IMG/VR virus record: IMGVR_UViG_3300048851_000076
Location: 1-35,126 of that record
Direction: 5' to 3' (one strand)
Length of the DNA stretch: 35,126 nt
From: a virus
Taxonomy: Duplodnaviria; Caudoviricetes
Under the pieces are notes generated by a model. The model did not search any database and was not told where the DNA came from. It saw only the letters and a program-made list of their open reading frames with translations. Below, piece after piece: positions 18,419 through 26,822 of the stretch. How positions within the stretch are numbered: position 1 is the stretch's first letter; every line of letters begins with the position of its first letter. Position numbers and translations under genes: made by a program.

Positions 18419-19678
18419 TCAGCCGGCTTGAGCGAACGCGCGCTTCAGGCTGTCCTTGATCGAGGTGGAGGGCTCGCGGTTCGCCGGGTCTGAGCCAGCG
18501 GTGGGAGCGCCTGAGATGGACTTCTCGCCCTTGCGGGTCTGAACCGCGAGAGCTTCGGAGTTGGCGTCTGAGGCCTTTGCTGCGTCGGCGTCTGAGGCCG
18601 TTGCGGTAGTTGCAGGCTTGGAGTTGGGATCGGGGTTGAGCCGTTCCGCAAGCTCGTAGGCTGCCTTCAAACGAGCCAGGGGTTCAAGATCCTGATCGAC
18701 CTTGTCGCTCTTCAGGAAGAAGGCGACGTCACCCATGAGATCGTAGAAACGGGGGTTGTCGGCGGCAAATGCTTCGACTTCCTTCGATGTCGCAGCACTC
18801 TGCTGCTTCTGGAAGCCGTCGCTCACGCCGGAAATCTGCTGTTTCAAGCTGGCCACCTCGCGCTTGAGGTCGCTGATCGTGCCTTCCTGCTGGACCTGCA
18901 CGTCCTCGGGCTTCATGCCGGCGATATGTGCGGCGAGCTTTCGGCTGTTGATGCCGAAATGATCGCAGATCTTCTGAAAGCCCTCGACCGGATTGCGGGC
19001 AAAGGCCTGTTCGATCTCTACGACCTTGCCGAGGGACTGGCGCAGCTCGTGGCCGTTCTTCTTCGCGATCTCGTCGAACTCGCGGATCGGCTCGTATCGA
19101 TCGTGCGAGGATTTGTATTTGGCAATCCCCTCTTCCATCTCGCGATGAACCCGGTGGACCGCGGCCTGCACTGTTTCCGGCACTTTCTCCCAGTCGGCTG
19201 TCGCAGCGACGTCTGACGAAAACCGCTTCGGCGCCTCATAGCGCGACTTCGGCGCCGCCTGCTGCTGATCGGTCGCAGCGTCTTTGCCCGGCTGCTGTTG
19301 ATCGCCTGCAGCGGCGTCTTTCGCCTTGTACTGCCCCCGCTCGTCGCGATTGTCGGTTGCCTGTTTGGTGGCGTCGGTCCTGGCCTCGTTCTTCGCCGGG
19401 TCCTTGGTTTCCGTCTTGCCGGGATCAGAAGCCTTCGCCTCCGATTTGACCGGTTTGGCGCCTTCGGCCTTTTCCTGCTCGTTGACCTTCTCGCGCGCCC
19501 TGGCGATGGCCTCGCGGGCAGATGGCTTCGGCGCGTCTGCGTCCTTCTTCTCCGGCTCGGCTTTCGCCTGTGGCTGCGGATCGGTGCGCACCGGGTTCGG
19601 GGTCTGAACAACCTGTTCGGCGGATACAGGGGCGGGTTCAGCGGCAGCGGGCGCTGCGCCAGTATTAATGTCCGACAT
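18419..19678 (-). CDS. Capsid scaffolding protein
   Basis: Charged, Ala/Pro-rich helical protein between portal and MCP; RDERGQY motif. Confidence 0.7.
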   Translation of the reverse strand: MSDINTGAAPAAAEPAPVSAEQVVQTPNPVRTDPQPQAKAEPEKKDADAPKPSAREAIARAREKVNEQEKAEGAKPVKSEAKASDPGKTETKDPAKNEARTDATKQATDNRDERGQYKAKDAAAGDQQQPGKDAATDQQQAAPKSRYEAPKRFSSDVAATADWEKVPETVQAAVHRVHREMEEGIAKYKSSHDRYEPIREFDEIAKKNGHELRQSLGKVVEIEQAFARNPVEGFQKICDHFGINSRKLAAHIAGMKPEDVQVQQEGTISDLKREVASLKQQISGVSDGFQKQQSAATSKEVEAFAADNPRFYDLMGDVAFFLKSDKVDQDLEPLARLKAAYELAERLNPDPNSKPATTATASDADAAKASDANSEALAVQTRKGEKSISGAPTAGSDPANREPSTSIKDSLKRAFAQAG

Positions 19679-19704
19679 CGTCTATTCTCCGTCTGAGGGA
19701 ATGC

Positions 19705-20046
19705 TTATTGAGGGGATGCGCGCTCGCCGCGGCTGAACCGAGCGGCTGCTTTCTCGACCGAGTCCCGGATTGCCTTCCGGTCCGGCTTCGGCTTCTGACG
19801 TGGACGCAAGCGCGCCGGGTCATTGCCCACTTCAACCACCCCGGCCGCCTTGTAGGTCGCCCGGAGTTTGGATTTGCTGTCGTAGATCCTGCCATCCAGC
19901 ATCGACTGCACTCCGTTCAGGCCGTCTGAAATGTAATTCGGCACCGGCAGGTCAGAGGCGGCATGACTACGCTCGGGCAGGCAGTTGTGCGGCCAGGCAT
20001 CCACATCGTGCCAGCCCCGGCAAACGCGGCACAGGCGCTCTCTCAT
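19705..20046 (-). CDS. Small hypothetical protein with N-terminal CxxC
   Basis: ATGA overlap with the portal stop; CRVC..H...C. Confidence 0.7.
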   Translation of the reverse strand: MRERLCRVCRGWHDVDAWPHNCLPERSHAASDLPVPNYISDGLNGVQSMLDGRIYDSKSKLRATYKAAGVVEVGNDPARLRPRQKPKPDRKAIRDSVEKAAARFSRGERASPQ

Positions 20047-22298
20047 TCTGCTTCTCCCGCGGGTTCCATGGCGCGTTCGGTCATTCGCTGAGCAGCTTCG
20101 GCAGCCTGTATCTCCGCCGCCTGGCCCTGGGCGTCGATCTGGCCTCCGAGCTTGGCGAGTTCGAGCCGCTTCTTCTCAACATCGAGGCGGCCGAGCTCCA
20201 TGTCCTGAGCGTGCTTTTCGGCACGCATCTGGCTTTCGACCTGGATGGCCTTCACCTTCTCGTTTGCCTCGTAGCTGCGCATCTTGGCGTCGTGATCGGC
20301 AAGCTTGCCCTTGATATCGGTGTCGCGGGCAAACGAGTCCTGCTTGATCTTGGCGTCCAGCGCCTTGGCCTGCATGTCGGCCTGAGCAGTCTTCTGCGCT
20401 GCATCCGCCTCCGGGTTCGCCTGGGGCTGGGATGCGATCTGCTTCATCTGCTCGGCAAACTCATCAATGACGGCGTCGAGCTGGCGGCCGGCACGGAACT
20501 GACTGGCGACGTACTTCAGCGTCTCAGCCATCAGCGGCGCGATCTGCGGAACCTCCTTCACCGCCGGCACCGCCTGGGCAAGGATGCCGCCCACAGCCGT
20601 CGTGAATTCCGTTGCGCGCTTCTTCTGGGCATTCTCGTCGGGGGTGATCGTCGAGTCCGTCTCGATGTCGAGCGTGAAGGGCCGGATCTTCTGCTCACGC
20701 AGCAGGGTCATCACCTTCTCGATCGTCACCGTCTCGTTCAGCTGGTTGATCTGCTGGGCAAGCTGCTCGATCTGCCCTTGCGCCTGCTGCAGGATCTTCT
20801 GAGCGACCTCCGGCTTTTGCTGCGCCTGGGCCTGAATTTCAGGGTCGGACTGCGCTTCCTTGATCTGCGCCTCGATTCCGTTGATCTGCTTTTCGAGCGC
20901 TGCCACCTGCTTCTTGATGTCAGCTTCCTCTGCGATATCGAGCTGAGACATTTCCAGCAATGTCCTCTTCTGGAAGTTCTCTGCCATGATTTCGCAGGCG
21001 ATGCGGGTCAGGTCGCGGGCCACCCGGACCATTTCGTCCTGCCGGTCCCGGATGCGCACGGAGCCGTACTGGCTTTTCAGCTCCTGGGCACCGAGCGTTT
21101 CATTCGCATCGGTCGAGCCACGCATGATGTCGCTGAGGCCGGTGATCTCGTAGACATCCTGGATCAGCTGGCGGCGTAGCGTGACCAACTGCACGATGAC
21201 GTTGCCAATGATCTCGATCGGGAGCCAGATGATCGGCTCGTTGGTGCCGAGATCACCAAACGCCGCCCAATTGGAGACGGGAACGAGGATCTGTCGGTTG
21301 TCGAGCGACTTGATCGCCGCCTCGATCGCATCGCCGATATCGCTGGCGCCAGCCGGATAAAATCCCTTGACCTTTACCGACTCCGCCAACGCCGAGATCC
21401 GGCGGGTGAGTTCGTTGATTTCCTCCAACTGATCCTTGTACTGGACGTAGTCCGGCACCGGCACGAGGCTGTTGCGCTGCGTGGTGCCGTAAGCTGGCTT
21501 CGGGCATGGGAAGAAGCCTTCTAGCTTCAGATGCGGTTCGTCATCGTCGAGAAGAACCTCAACGCCTTCCGTGAACCAGACGACGCGGTTGGCCGACTTG
21601 GACCAGAGCTCCCACACGCCTGCTTTCAGCTTTCCATCGGTGTTGTCCTGCTCATCGCGGCGGATCGCGAACGCAGCATCCAAATAGGCTTTGCCGGATG
21701 TCTTCCTGAAACGCTTGCGCATTTCGGTCTTCGTCATCCAGGAGCGCTTGGCCGCCCAATCGACTTCCTTCCATGTCCTGGCCGGATCGTGCGCGAAGTC
21801 CTTGCGGTTGGTATGCTCGATGCAGAATTTCTCGACGAAGTTATTGTCCTTGCTCTTCGCCTCGTACCGCACCCATGCGCAGCCACGCGACAGGATGGAC
21901 AGGTCGTCGCGGACAGACCGCATGACGCCATCGAGATCTTCCAACTCGAAGCCGACCGTGGCGCAACGCTCCAGCAGTTCGGATGCCACACGGGGGATAG
22001 GCTTGCGATCGGCACGGAAACGCGGAATGACCACCGGCACCGGCGGGCGGGAATAGATCGACGGTCCGAGTACCTGGATGTTGGCCCAGAAGATAGCAAA
22101 TTCCCGGTCGCGCGCCGTGTTCGCCAGGCGCTCCAGGTCGGCATAGCGCTTGTCGATATTGTCGGCGTGGTCACCGTAATTCCGATAGCCGGCCTTTTCG
22201 TAGTCCTTGATGAGCTTAAGATAGCCCGCGGACTTCTTCAGCGGCTTCTTCGGGTCGAAGTCGTCGCCGTCCTCAACCGTCTGGGTGTCATCGATCAT
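20043..22298 (-). CDS. Portal protein
   Basis: Follows TerL; long Gln-rich C-terminal coiled coil like podovirus portals. Start set at ATG 22298 with a GAGGA RBS. Confidence 0.85.
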   Translation of the reverse strand: MIDDTQTVEDGDDFDPKKPLKKSAGYLKLIKDYEKAGYRNYGDHADNIDKRYADLERLANTARDREFAIFWANIQVLGPSIYSRPPVPVVIPRFRADRKPIPRVASELLERCATVGFELEDLDGVMRSVRDDLSILSRGCAWVRYEAKSKDNNFVEKFCIEHTNRKDFAHDPARTWKEVDWAAKRSWMTKTEMRKRFRKTSGKAYLDAAFAIRRDEQDNTDGKLKAGVWELWSKSANRVVWFTEGVEVLLDDDEPHLKLEGFFPCPKPAYGTTQRNSLVPVPDYVQYKDQLEEINELTRRISALAESVKVKGFYPAGASDIGDAIEAAIKSLDNRQILVPVSNWAAFGDLGTNEPIIWLPIEIIGNVIVQLVTLRRQLIQDVYEITGLSDIMRGSTDANETLGAQELKSQYGSVRIRDRQDEMVRVARDLTRIACEIMAENFQKRTLLEMSQLDIAEEADIKKQVAALEKQINGIEAQIKEAQSDPEIQAQAQQKPEVAQKILQQAQGQIEQLAQQINQLNETVTIEKVMTLLREQKIRPFTLDIETDSTITPDENAQKKRATEFTTAVGGILAQAVPAVKEVPQIAPLMAETLKYVASQFRAGRQLDAVIDEFAEQMKQIASQPQANPEADAAQKTAQADMQAKALDAKIKQDSFARDTDIKGKLADHDAKMRSYEANEKVKAIQVESQMRAEKHAQDMELGRLDVEKKRLELAKLGGQIDAQGQAAEIQAAEAAQRMTERAMEPAGEAE

Positions 22299-22317
22299 AC
22301 AAAGTTCCTCGCGCGCG

Positions 22318-23829
22318 TCATACCGCGATCCTGGTTCCGGTTCGTTCGGTCGGGGGTGGCGGCAACGGAACGCCGCGCTTGGCCTTAGCTGTCGGCTCTT
22401 CCTGCACTGCCTTGATCCATGGGCGGGACATACAGGCGTAGCGGATCTCGTCCGCTGCATGGTCTTCCATGTCTGAATTGAGGTCTTCCGGCCTGTTCTC
22501 GTCGTGCTGCAGCGCCGGCACCGTTCGGATCGCGTGGACGCAGGTCTCGAAGAAGTACAGCATCGGGCGGCCATCCTCGTCGCCGTCCAGCCGCGCCCTC
22601 ATCTGGTCCCAGCCACCCATGGCGCCGCGGGCCGTGACACGTTTATTGTCTGCCGGACGGAAGGTGCAGCCATTACTGCCGGTCGTCCCTTCCCGCATGC
22701 GCTCTGCGATCGATGGGCCGCCGTCCTGTGCAAATGCCGCCGGGTCGAGAACGCCGTAGGTGATCGTATCAGCCCCATCCCTGAGGCGGACCTGAGCGCC
22801 GACATTCGCGGCGGTCATTTTCACGCCCTTGTTCGGGATGAACTTGCCGTCTCGATCGGTGGCGATACCGTAATATTCCTTGTACCGGATCATGGCGCCG
22901 CGCGGGATCAGGATGCCAGGCCCGGCGATGTAAGGTTCGCTCGCCACCGCATACCAGCCGAATGAGAACGGCTTTGCCGAGCCCCAGTCCCCTGCCCTGA
23001 AACGCAGCCAGTCCTTCGGGATCTGGAACGGGCGCAGGACATGCCGGTCCTTGCGAAAGTTGTCGAAGAACGCGCCGTCGATGATGTCCCAGTCACCGTA
23101 GCGCATTGCCCGCACCAGGCTTTCGGAGCCGAGGCCGTGCAATCGCGCGTCATAGCCGGGATCGTTCGCCGCCATGCTCGGATTGTCTTCAAGCCGGGCA
23201 GGGATGTACTGCCGCAGCATGCCGCCTTCGGACTTGCTGGCGTAGTAGGTCTGCATCGGCCGGACGCCGTCGATGAAGGTCGCCTTGACGAACTGGTGAC
23301 CGATACCGCCCGGGTTCGCACCGCAGACGATGCGCGGGAATGTCTTTCGATACTTCTCCGGAACCGTGATCCCGACCATTCGGACGCGATTGCGCAGGAA
23401 ACGATAGATGACGTCCGTGAAGTGCGTCAGCTCGTCGATCAGCAGGACATGGATTTCCGCGCCCTGGTACTTGATGCGGTCCTTCTCGTCCTTGCAGTGG
23501 CAGAGATAGATCTTGCTGCCGTTCCAGAACCTGATCTCGTCTTCCACCATCGTGACGAAGCCGCAGTCGATCCAGCCGGCGAGCATTGAGCGGAAGCCGT
23601 TCGGACCTTCCACGTGGTTTTTGACCAGGTCGTCCTTGATACGGCGGAACAGATAGACCTGAAGCCCGCGGATCTCCGAGCACCAGGTAATCGCGGCAAT
23701 GCGCATCAGGTGGCTCTTACCGCCCCCTGCTGCTCCACCGTACAGGATCTCTGTCGCCCTGCTCTCGAACGCTGCCATCTGCTTGGGATGGAGATCGAAG
23801 CTCAGATGAGCGTCAGCCTGGTTTGCCAT
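22318..23829 (-). CDS. terL: Terminase large subunit
   Basis: Walker A YGGAAGGGKS, Walker B LLIDELTHF, GANPGG motif, nuclease DWG and DHAADEIRY. Confidence 0.95.
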   Translation of the reverse strand: MANQADAHLSFDLHPKQMAAFESRATEILYGGAAGGGKSHLMRIAAITWCSEIRGLQVYLFRRIKDDLVKNHVEGPNGFRSMLAGWIDCGFVTMVEDEIRFWNGSKIYLCHCKDEKDRIKYQGAEIHVLLIDELTHFTDVIYRFLRNRVRMVGITVPEKYRKTFPRIVCGANPGGIGHQFVKATFIDGVRPMQTYYASKSEGGMLRQYIPARLEDNPSMAANDPGYDARLHGLGSESLVRAMRYGDWDIIDGAFFDNFRKDRHVLRPFQIPKDWLRFRAGDWGSAKPFSFGWYAVASEPYIAGPGILIPRGAMIRYKEYYGIATDRDGKFIPNKGVKMTAANVGAQVRLRDGADTITYGVLDPAAFAQDGGPSIAERMREGTTGSNGCTFRPADNKRVTARGAMGGWDQMRARLDGDEDGRPMLYFFETCVHAIRTVPALQHDENRPEDLNSDMEDHAADEIRYACMSRPWIKAVQEEPTAKAKRGVPLPPPPTERTGTRIAV

Positions 23830-24253
23830 TGATCGTGATCTGAGGAACCAGTGTCAGCTTGCCGTCGACGTTGAGGTCGAGCTTCTCGCCATACTTCTTC
23901 GGGCGAAGCTTGCCGGCCATCCACTTGCGGGCATCGACCCGCAGGCGGCGGTGCTCGATCATGTCGCCGGTCGTGACCTCGACAATGTTCCCGTCCATGT
24001 CGGCCTTGGTCTTCTCGCCAATCATGGGCGTGTCAGCAATGTCCAGGATCTCGTCGAAGAGAGCATCGGCCTGGGTTTCGCGCGCGCGGGCGTACTGATC
24101 CGAGAACGCGTCGTTGGAAGCCAGCCACTTGAACACCGTCGACATGGCCGGCATGTCTTCGTCGCGGCAGATGGTCCTGAGGCTTTCGCCTTCAGCAAGG
24201 CGCTCGCAGATGCTGTCACCGGTTGCCTCGGTGAATGTTGATACGCCGGACAT
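23813..24253 (-). CDS. terS: Terminase small subunit (Sf6-like)
   Basis: ICERLAEGESLRTIC...TVFKWL...YARARE...RKWMAGKLRPKKYG. Confidence 0.92.
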   Translation of the reverse strand: MSGVSTFTEATGDSICERLAEGESLRTICRDEDMPAMSTVFKWLASNDAFSDQYARARETQADALFDEILDIADTPMIGEKTKADMDGNIVEVTTGDMIEHRRLRVDARKWMAGKLRPKKYGEKLDLNVDGKLTLVPQITINGKPG

Positions 24254-24336
24254 GGATCACCTTTGCCGGTCTGAGCGGCTGCTTGCTTTTGGGATGAAAG
24301 GGAGAGAGTTTGTGCGCTCAACCTTGGGAGGATGGG

Positions 24337-24756
24337 ATGAAGGAAGAAACCTCGGACAAAGACGTCGGTAACGCGTGGACGGCCTTCATCCTGGGACAGC
24401 TTTTTGAGAGCTGGCCAAGACGGCAGGACTTCAACACAATGGATGTTTCGACCGCCACGGGCACCGCGCCACGAACCGATCCCGAGGAGTTATTCGACGA
24501 TCTGCTCATGTGGCTTGACAGAAATCGCTACATCCACATCGATCAGCATGGCAGCGAAGGCAACGCCTACGGAGTTTCCTTGACCAACGAAGGCTTTGCT
24601 GTCCTCGGGCAGCAGCCTCACAGCCTTGACCGTCCTTTAGGTACCAAAATGAAAGAAGCGGCATCTTCTATCGGCGGCGACGTAAGAGGCGCAACAATTG
24701 CGGAATTGATCGGGACATTGGTCGGTGCCGCCGCCAAACAATTCTCGCAGCAGTAA
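24337..24756 (+). CDS. Hypothetical protein, possible winged-helix (moron)
   Basis: GGAGG RBS; LLMWLDRNRYI...VSLTNEGFAVL resembles a wHTH end. Confidence 0.65.
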   Translation: MKEETSDKDVGNAWTAFILGQLFESWPRRQDFNTMDVSTATGTAPRTDPEELFDDLLMWLDRNRYIHIDQHGSEGNAYGVSLTNEGFAVLGQQPHSLDRPLGTKMKEAASSIGGDVRGATIAELIGTLVGAAAKQFSQQ

Positions 24757-24929
24757 GCCGCCTCGCCGGCAAACCGGGCCTCCGCCCGGCTCACCTTATC
24801 GCGTCTACGGGGACAGGCGGCCGATCGTGTGACTGGCCTTCGAGCTCGCGCTCGGCTTCATAGGTGGACAAACAGGTAGCTGGGCCTACTTCACCGGGAG
24901 AACCAATGTAAGCTCTCGGAGGACTTTTC

Positions 24930-25112
24930 ATGAGCCGAAACACAATAATTGCCATCGTCGCCGTCTTGGTGGTCATCGTCGCCGTGCTGATGTTCAGGTC
25001 AGGATCTGATCAACCTGCCGGCACCGCCAATGCGCCAGCTACACCACCGGCTTCAACCGGAACGACACCGCCGGCGACGCCTGCACCAGCTACACCAGCC
25101 CCATCAAACTAA
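24930..25112 (+). CDS. Small membrane-anchored Pro/Thr/Ala-rich protein (moron)
   Basis: GGAGG RBS; N-terminal TM helix and PAT-repeat tail. Confidence 0.75.
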   Translation: MSRNTIIAIVAVLVVIVAVLMFRSGSDQPAGTANAPATPPASTGTTPPATPAPATPAPSN

Positions 25113-25124
25113 CCCAGTAGAGTA

Positions 25125-25150
25125 CGAGGCCGCTTTCGCTAGCGGCCTCG
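25125..25150. terminator. GC-rich hairpin, probable terminator
   Basis: CGAGGCCGCT-TTCGCT-AGCGGCCTCG, perfect 10-bp stem, no U-tract. Confidence 0.5.
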
Positions 25151-25213
25151 CCGCTTGAGTCGTTGAGTGCTGTTGTCTCATCGACCCAGGGGGCCGGCTG
25201 TCCGGTCGGCATC

Positions 25214-25459
25214 ATGGCTAAGGAGGAGCAAGTGTTTGTTATCCGTCACACGATACAGGACCGCCGTGGGAATCTTATGCATTCAGAGGATCTCGATAAG
25301 ACCTTCGAGGACGAGAGCGGTATCATGGGCTATCTCGAAGACCTTACCGGCGCATTCGACCACAATGGCTATGACGGAGAAAACGATCGCTGGTGGGCAT
25401 GGAACGAGGTGACGGCTGCCCAAATCCACTACTGGTGGAAGGTACCTCTTCCGACATAA
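25214..25459 (+). CDS. Small acidic hypothetical protein (moron)
   Basis: GYDGENDRWWAWN motif; plausible composition. Confidence 0.6.
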   Translation: MAKEEQVFVIRHTIQDRRGNLMHSEDLDKTFEDESGIMGYLEDLTGAFDHNGYDGENDRWWAWNEVTAAQIHYWWKVPLPT

Positions 25460-25513
25460 TCGACCTTAGCGGGCGAAGCGCGGAACTTGCAAGTTGGCCC
25501 CGGTAAGCGCCCC

Positions 25514-25678
25514 ATGAAGAACACCGAACCCATAGCCAGCGCAGGCAGGATCAGGTTTGTCCTGATAGTATTGGGCATCGCTTTCATGATCCTTGGCGTT
25601 TATCTCGTCCTGCCCACCCCTGGAGAGCCTGAGCAGGGTCAGACGCCGCCAACCGCTATCAATCAAGGTACTCCATGA
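25514..25678 (+). CDS. Small single-TM protein (moron)
   Basis: FVLIVLGIAFMILGVYLVL followed by a Pro-rich tail. Confidence 0.55.
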   Translation: MKNTEPIASAGRIRFVLIVLGIAFMILGVYLVLPTPGEPEQGQTPPTAINQGTP

Positions 25679-25836
25679 TCGCGGCGAAAGGTTGGCCCCC
25701 TTAGATTGAAGGGTCTCAATGAGGAGGGCCTTCCGCGGAAATTTCGGCAAATTTTCGGGAAGGGTGCTCAGGCCGCGACCGACCCGGCTATGGAGCCGGC
25801 GAGTATTCCATCGTCCGCCAGACGCTCCGCAAATCG

Positions 25837-25880
25837 CGATGAGGAATATTTACCTCATCGTAGGAATACATTCAAGAGGC
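25837..25880 (-). promoter_or_regulatory. Probable late promoter region with inverted repeat
   Basis: Minus strand TTGAAT-N17-TAAATA at the end of the NusG gene; CGATGAGG-N8-CCTCATCG palindrome at 25837-25860. Confidence 0.45.
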
Positions 25881-26429
25881 CTGCAACTGCTTCTTCTCGA
25901 ATTCCACAGGTGTCATCCTTCCGAAAAGCTCCACTAAGGCAGCGATCCTGCCATGCCCCGTGACTTCCTTGACGACGGCGCGCAAGCCAATGAAGCACCC
26001 ATCGACGACCCGAAATTCGGACCCGATAGGAAACCTTTCTTCGAGCTTTGCAATCCGCTGTTTCTTCGTCTGACCTAGCTGGTCGAACTCTCCGTTGATC
26101 TCGTCGGTATAGACGGCCTGTATCTCGTCGGGGTGGAGCGCTATGGGCCGCTCTCCGCCCAGGTAGCGGACCACATGATCCCGGATCACATGCATCTCGT
26201 CGCGGCTGATCGAGACGAACGCATACCCAGGCAAGGCCGGGTACTCCCGGACGTGGTATCTGTGCGTCCGATGGTTTTTCACCTCCCGTCGGCCGTGAGG
26301 CACGTAGGTGCGTAGATAGATATCATTCCGATCACAGAGGCGCTGCATCTCAGCAACTGCCTCTCGCTCCTCCCCTGGCATCACCTGCGCAACGAACCAG
26401 AACTCACGTCCAGCTTCGAAAATCCTCAT
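25872..26429 (-). CDS. NusG/RfaH-family transcription antiterminator (Q-equivalent position)
   Basis: NGN motifs WFVAQV, PALPGYAFV; KOW motif FRVVDGCFIG...VELFGRMTPVEF. Start corrected to ATG 26429. Confidence 0.9.
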   Translation of the reverse strand: MRIFEAGREFWFVAQVMPGEEREAVAEMQRLCDRNDIYLRTYVPHGRREVKNHRTHRYHVREYPALPGYAFVSISRDEMHVIRDHVVRYLGGERPIALHPDEIQAVYTDEINGEFDQLGQTKKQRIAKLEERFPIGSEFRVVDGCFIGLRAVVKEVTGHGRIAALVELFGRMTPVEFEKKQLQAS

Positions 26430-26809
26430 GCGATTGAATCTCCGACTCGGCGGCCGTACTCGGCGTTGGCCATGTCGACGAGGATATCGACCTCGTCCCA
26501 ATCCGGTGAACACCTGGCGTCGACTGCGCCCTCTAAGAGCGAATTCAGAATATCCAAATCCTCGTTCGACAGGTCGCGCAGGATCTGGCGAGAGAATTGC
26601 AACACGGTGCTGATGTAGATGTAGGCGGCCTGCCCGCGCCCGAGATCGGCAGGGATCTCCGAGTAGATTTGGGCCGCGTCTTGAACCAGCTTGGGCGAGC
26701 TTTGCTTTGGCTTGGCATAGGCCGGCTCTAAGGGCCTGCCGCAAAAATAGGGGCCTTTGGCCTGCCCCGGACGCGAAACCTTCGTGGGAAATTTGATGAC
26801 CTTTGCCAT
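26426..26809 (-). CDS. Hypothetical phage protein
   Basis: MAKVIKFP start with a GGAG RBS; ATGA overlap with the NusG gene. Confidence 0.7.
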   Translation of the reverse strand: MAKVIKFPTKVSRPGQAKGPYFCGRPLEPAYAKPKQSSPKLVQDAAQIYSEIPADLGRGQAAYIYISTVLQFSRQILRDLSNEDLDILNSLLEGAVDARCSPDWDEVDILVDMANAEYGRRVGDSIA

Positions 26810-26822
26810 TGGGGATTCTCCG

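Noticed and set aside
22299-22574. N-terminal extensions in the ORF track for portal (also NusG, primase-helicase, initiator, tail fibre)
   Set aside because: They overlap upstream genes or intergenic elements; downstream ATGs have RBSs or stop-start coupling.
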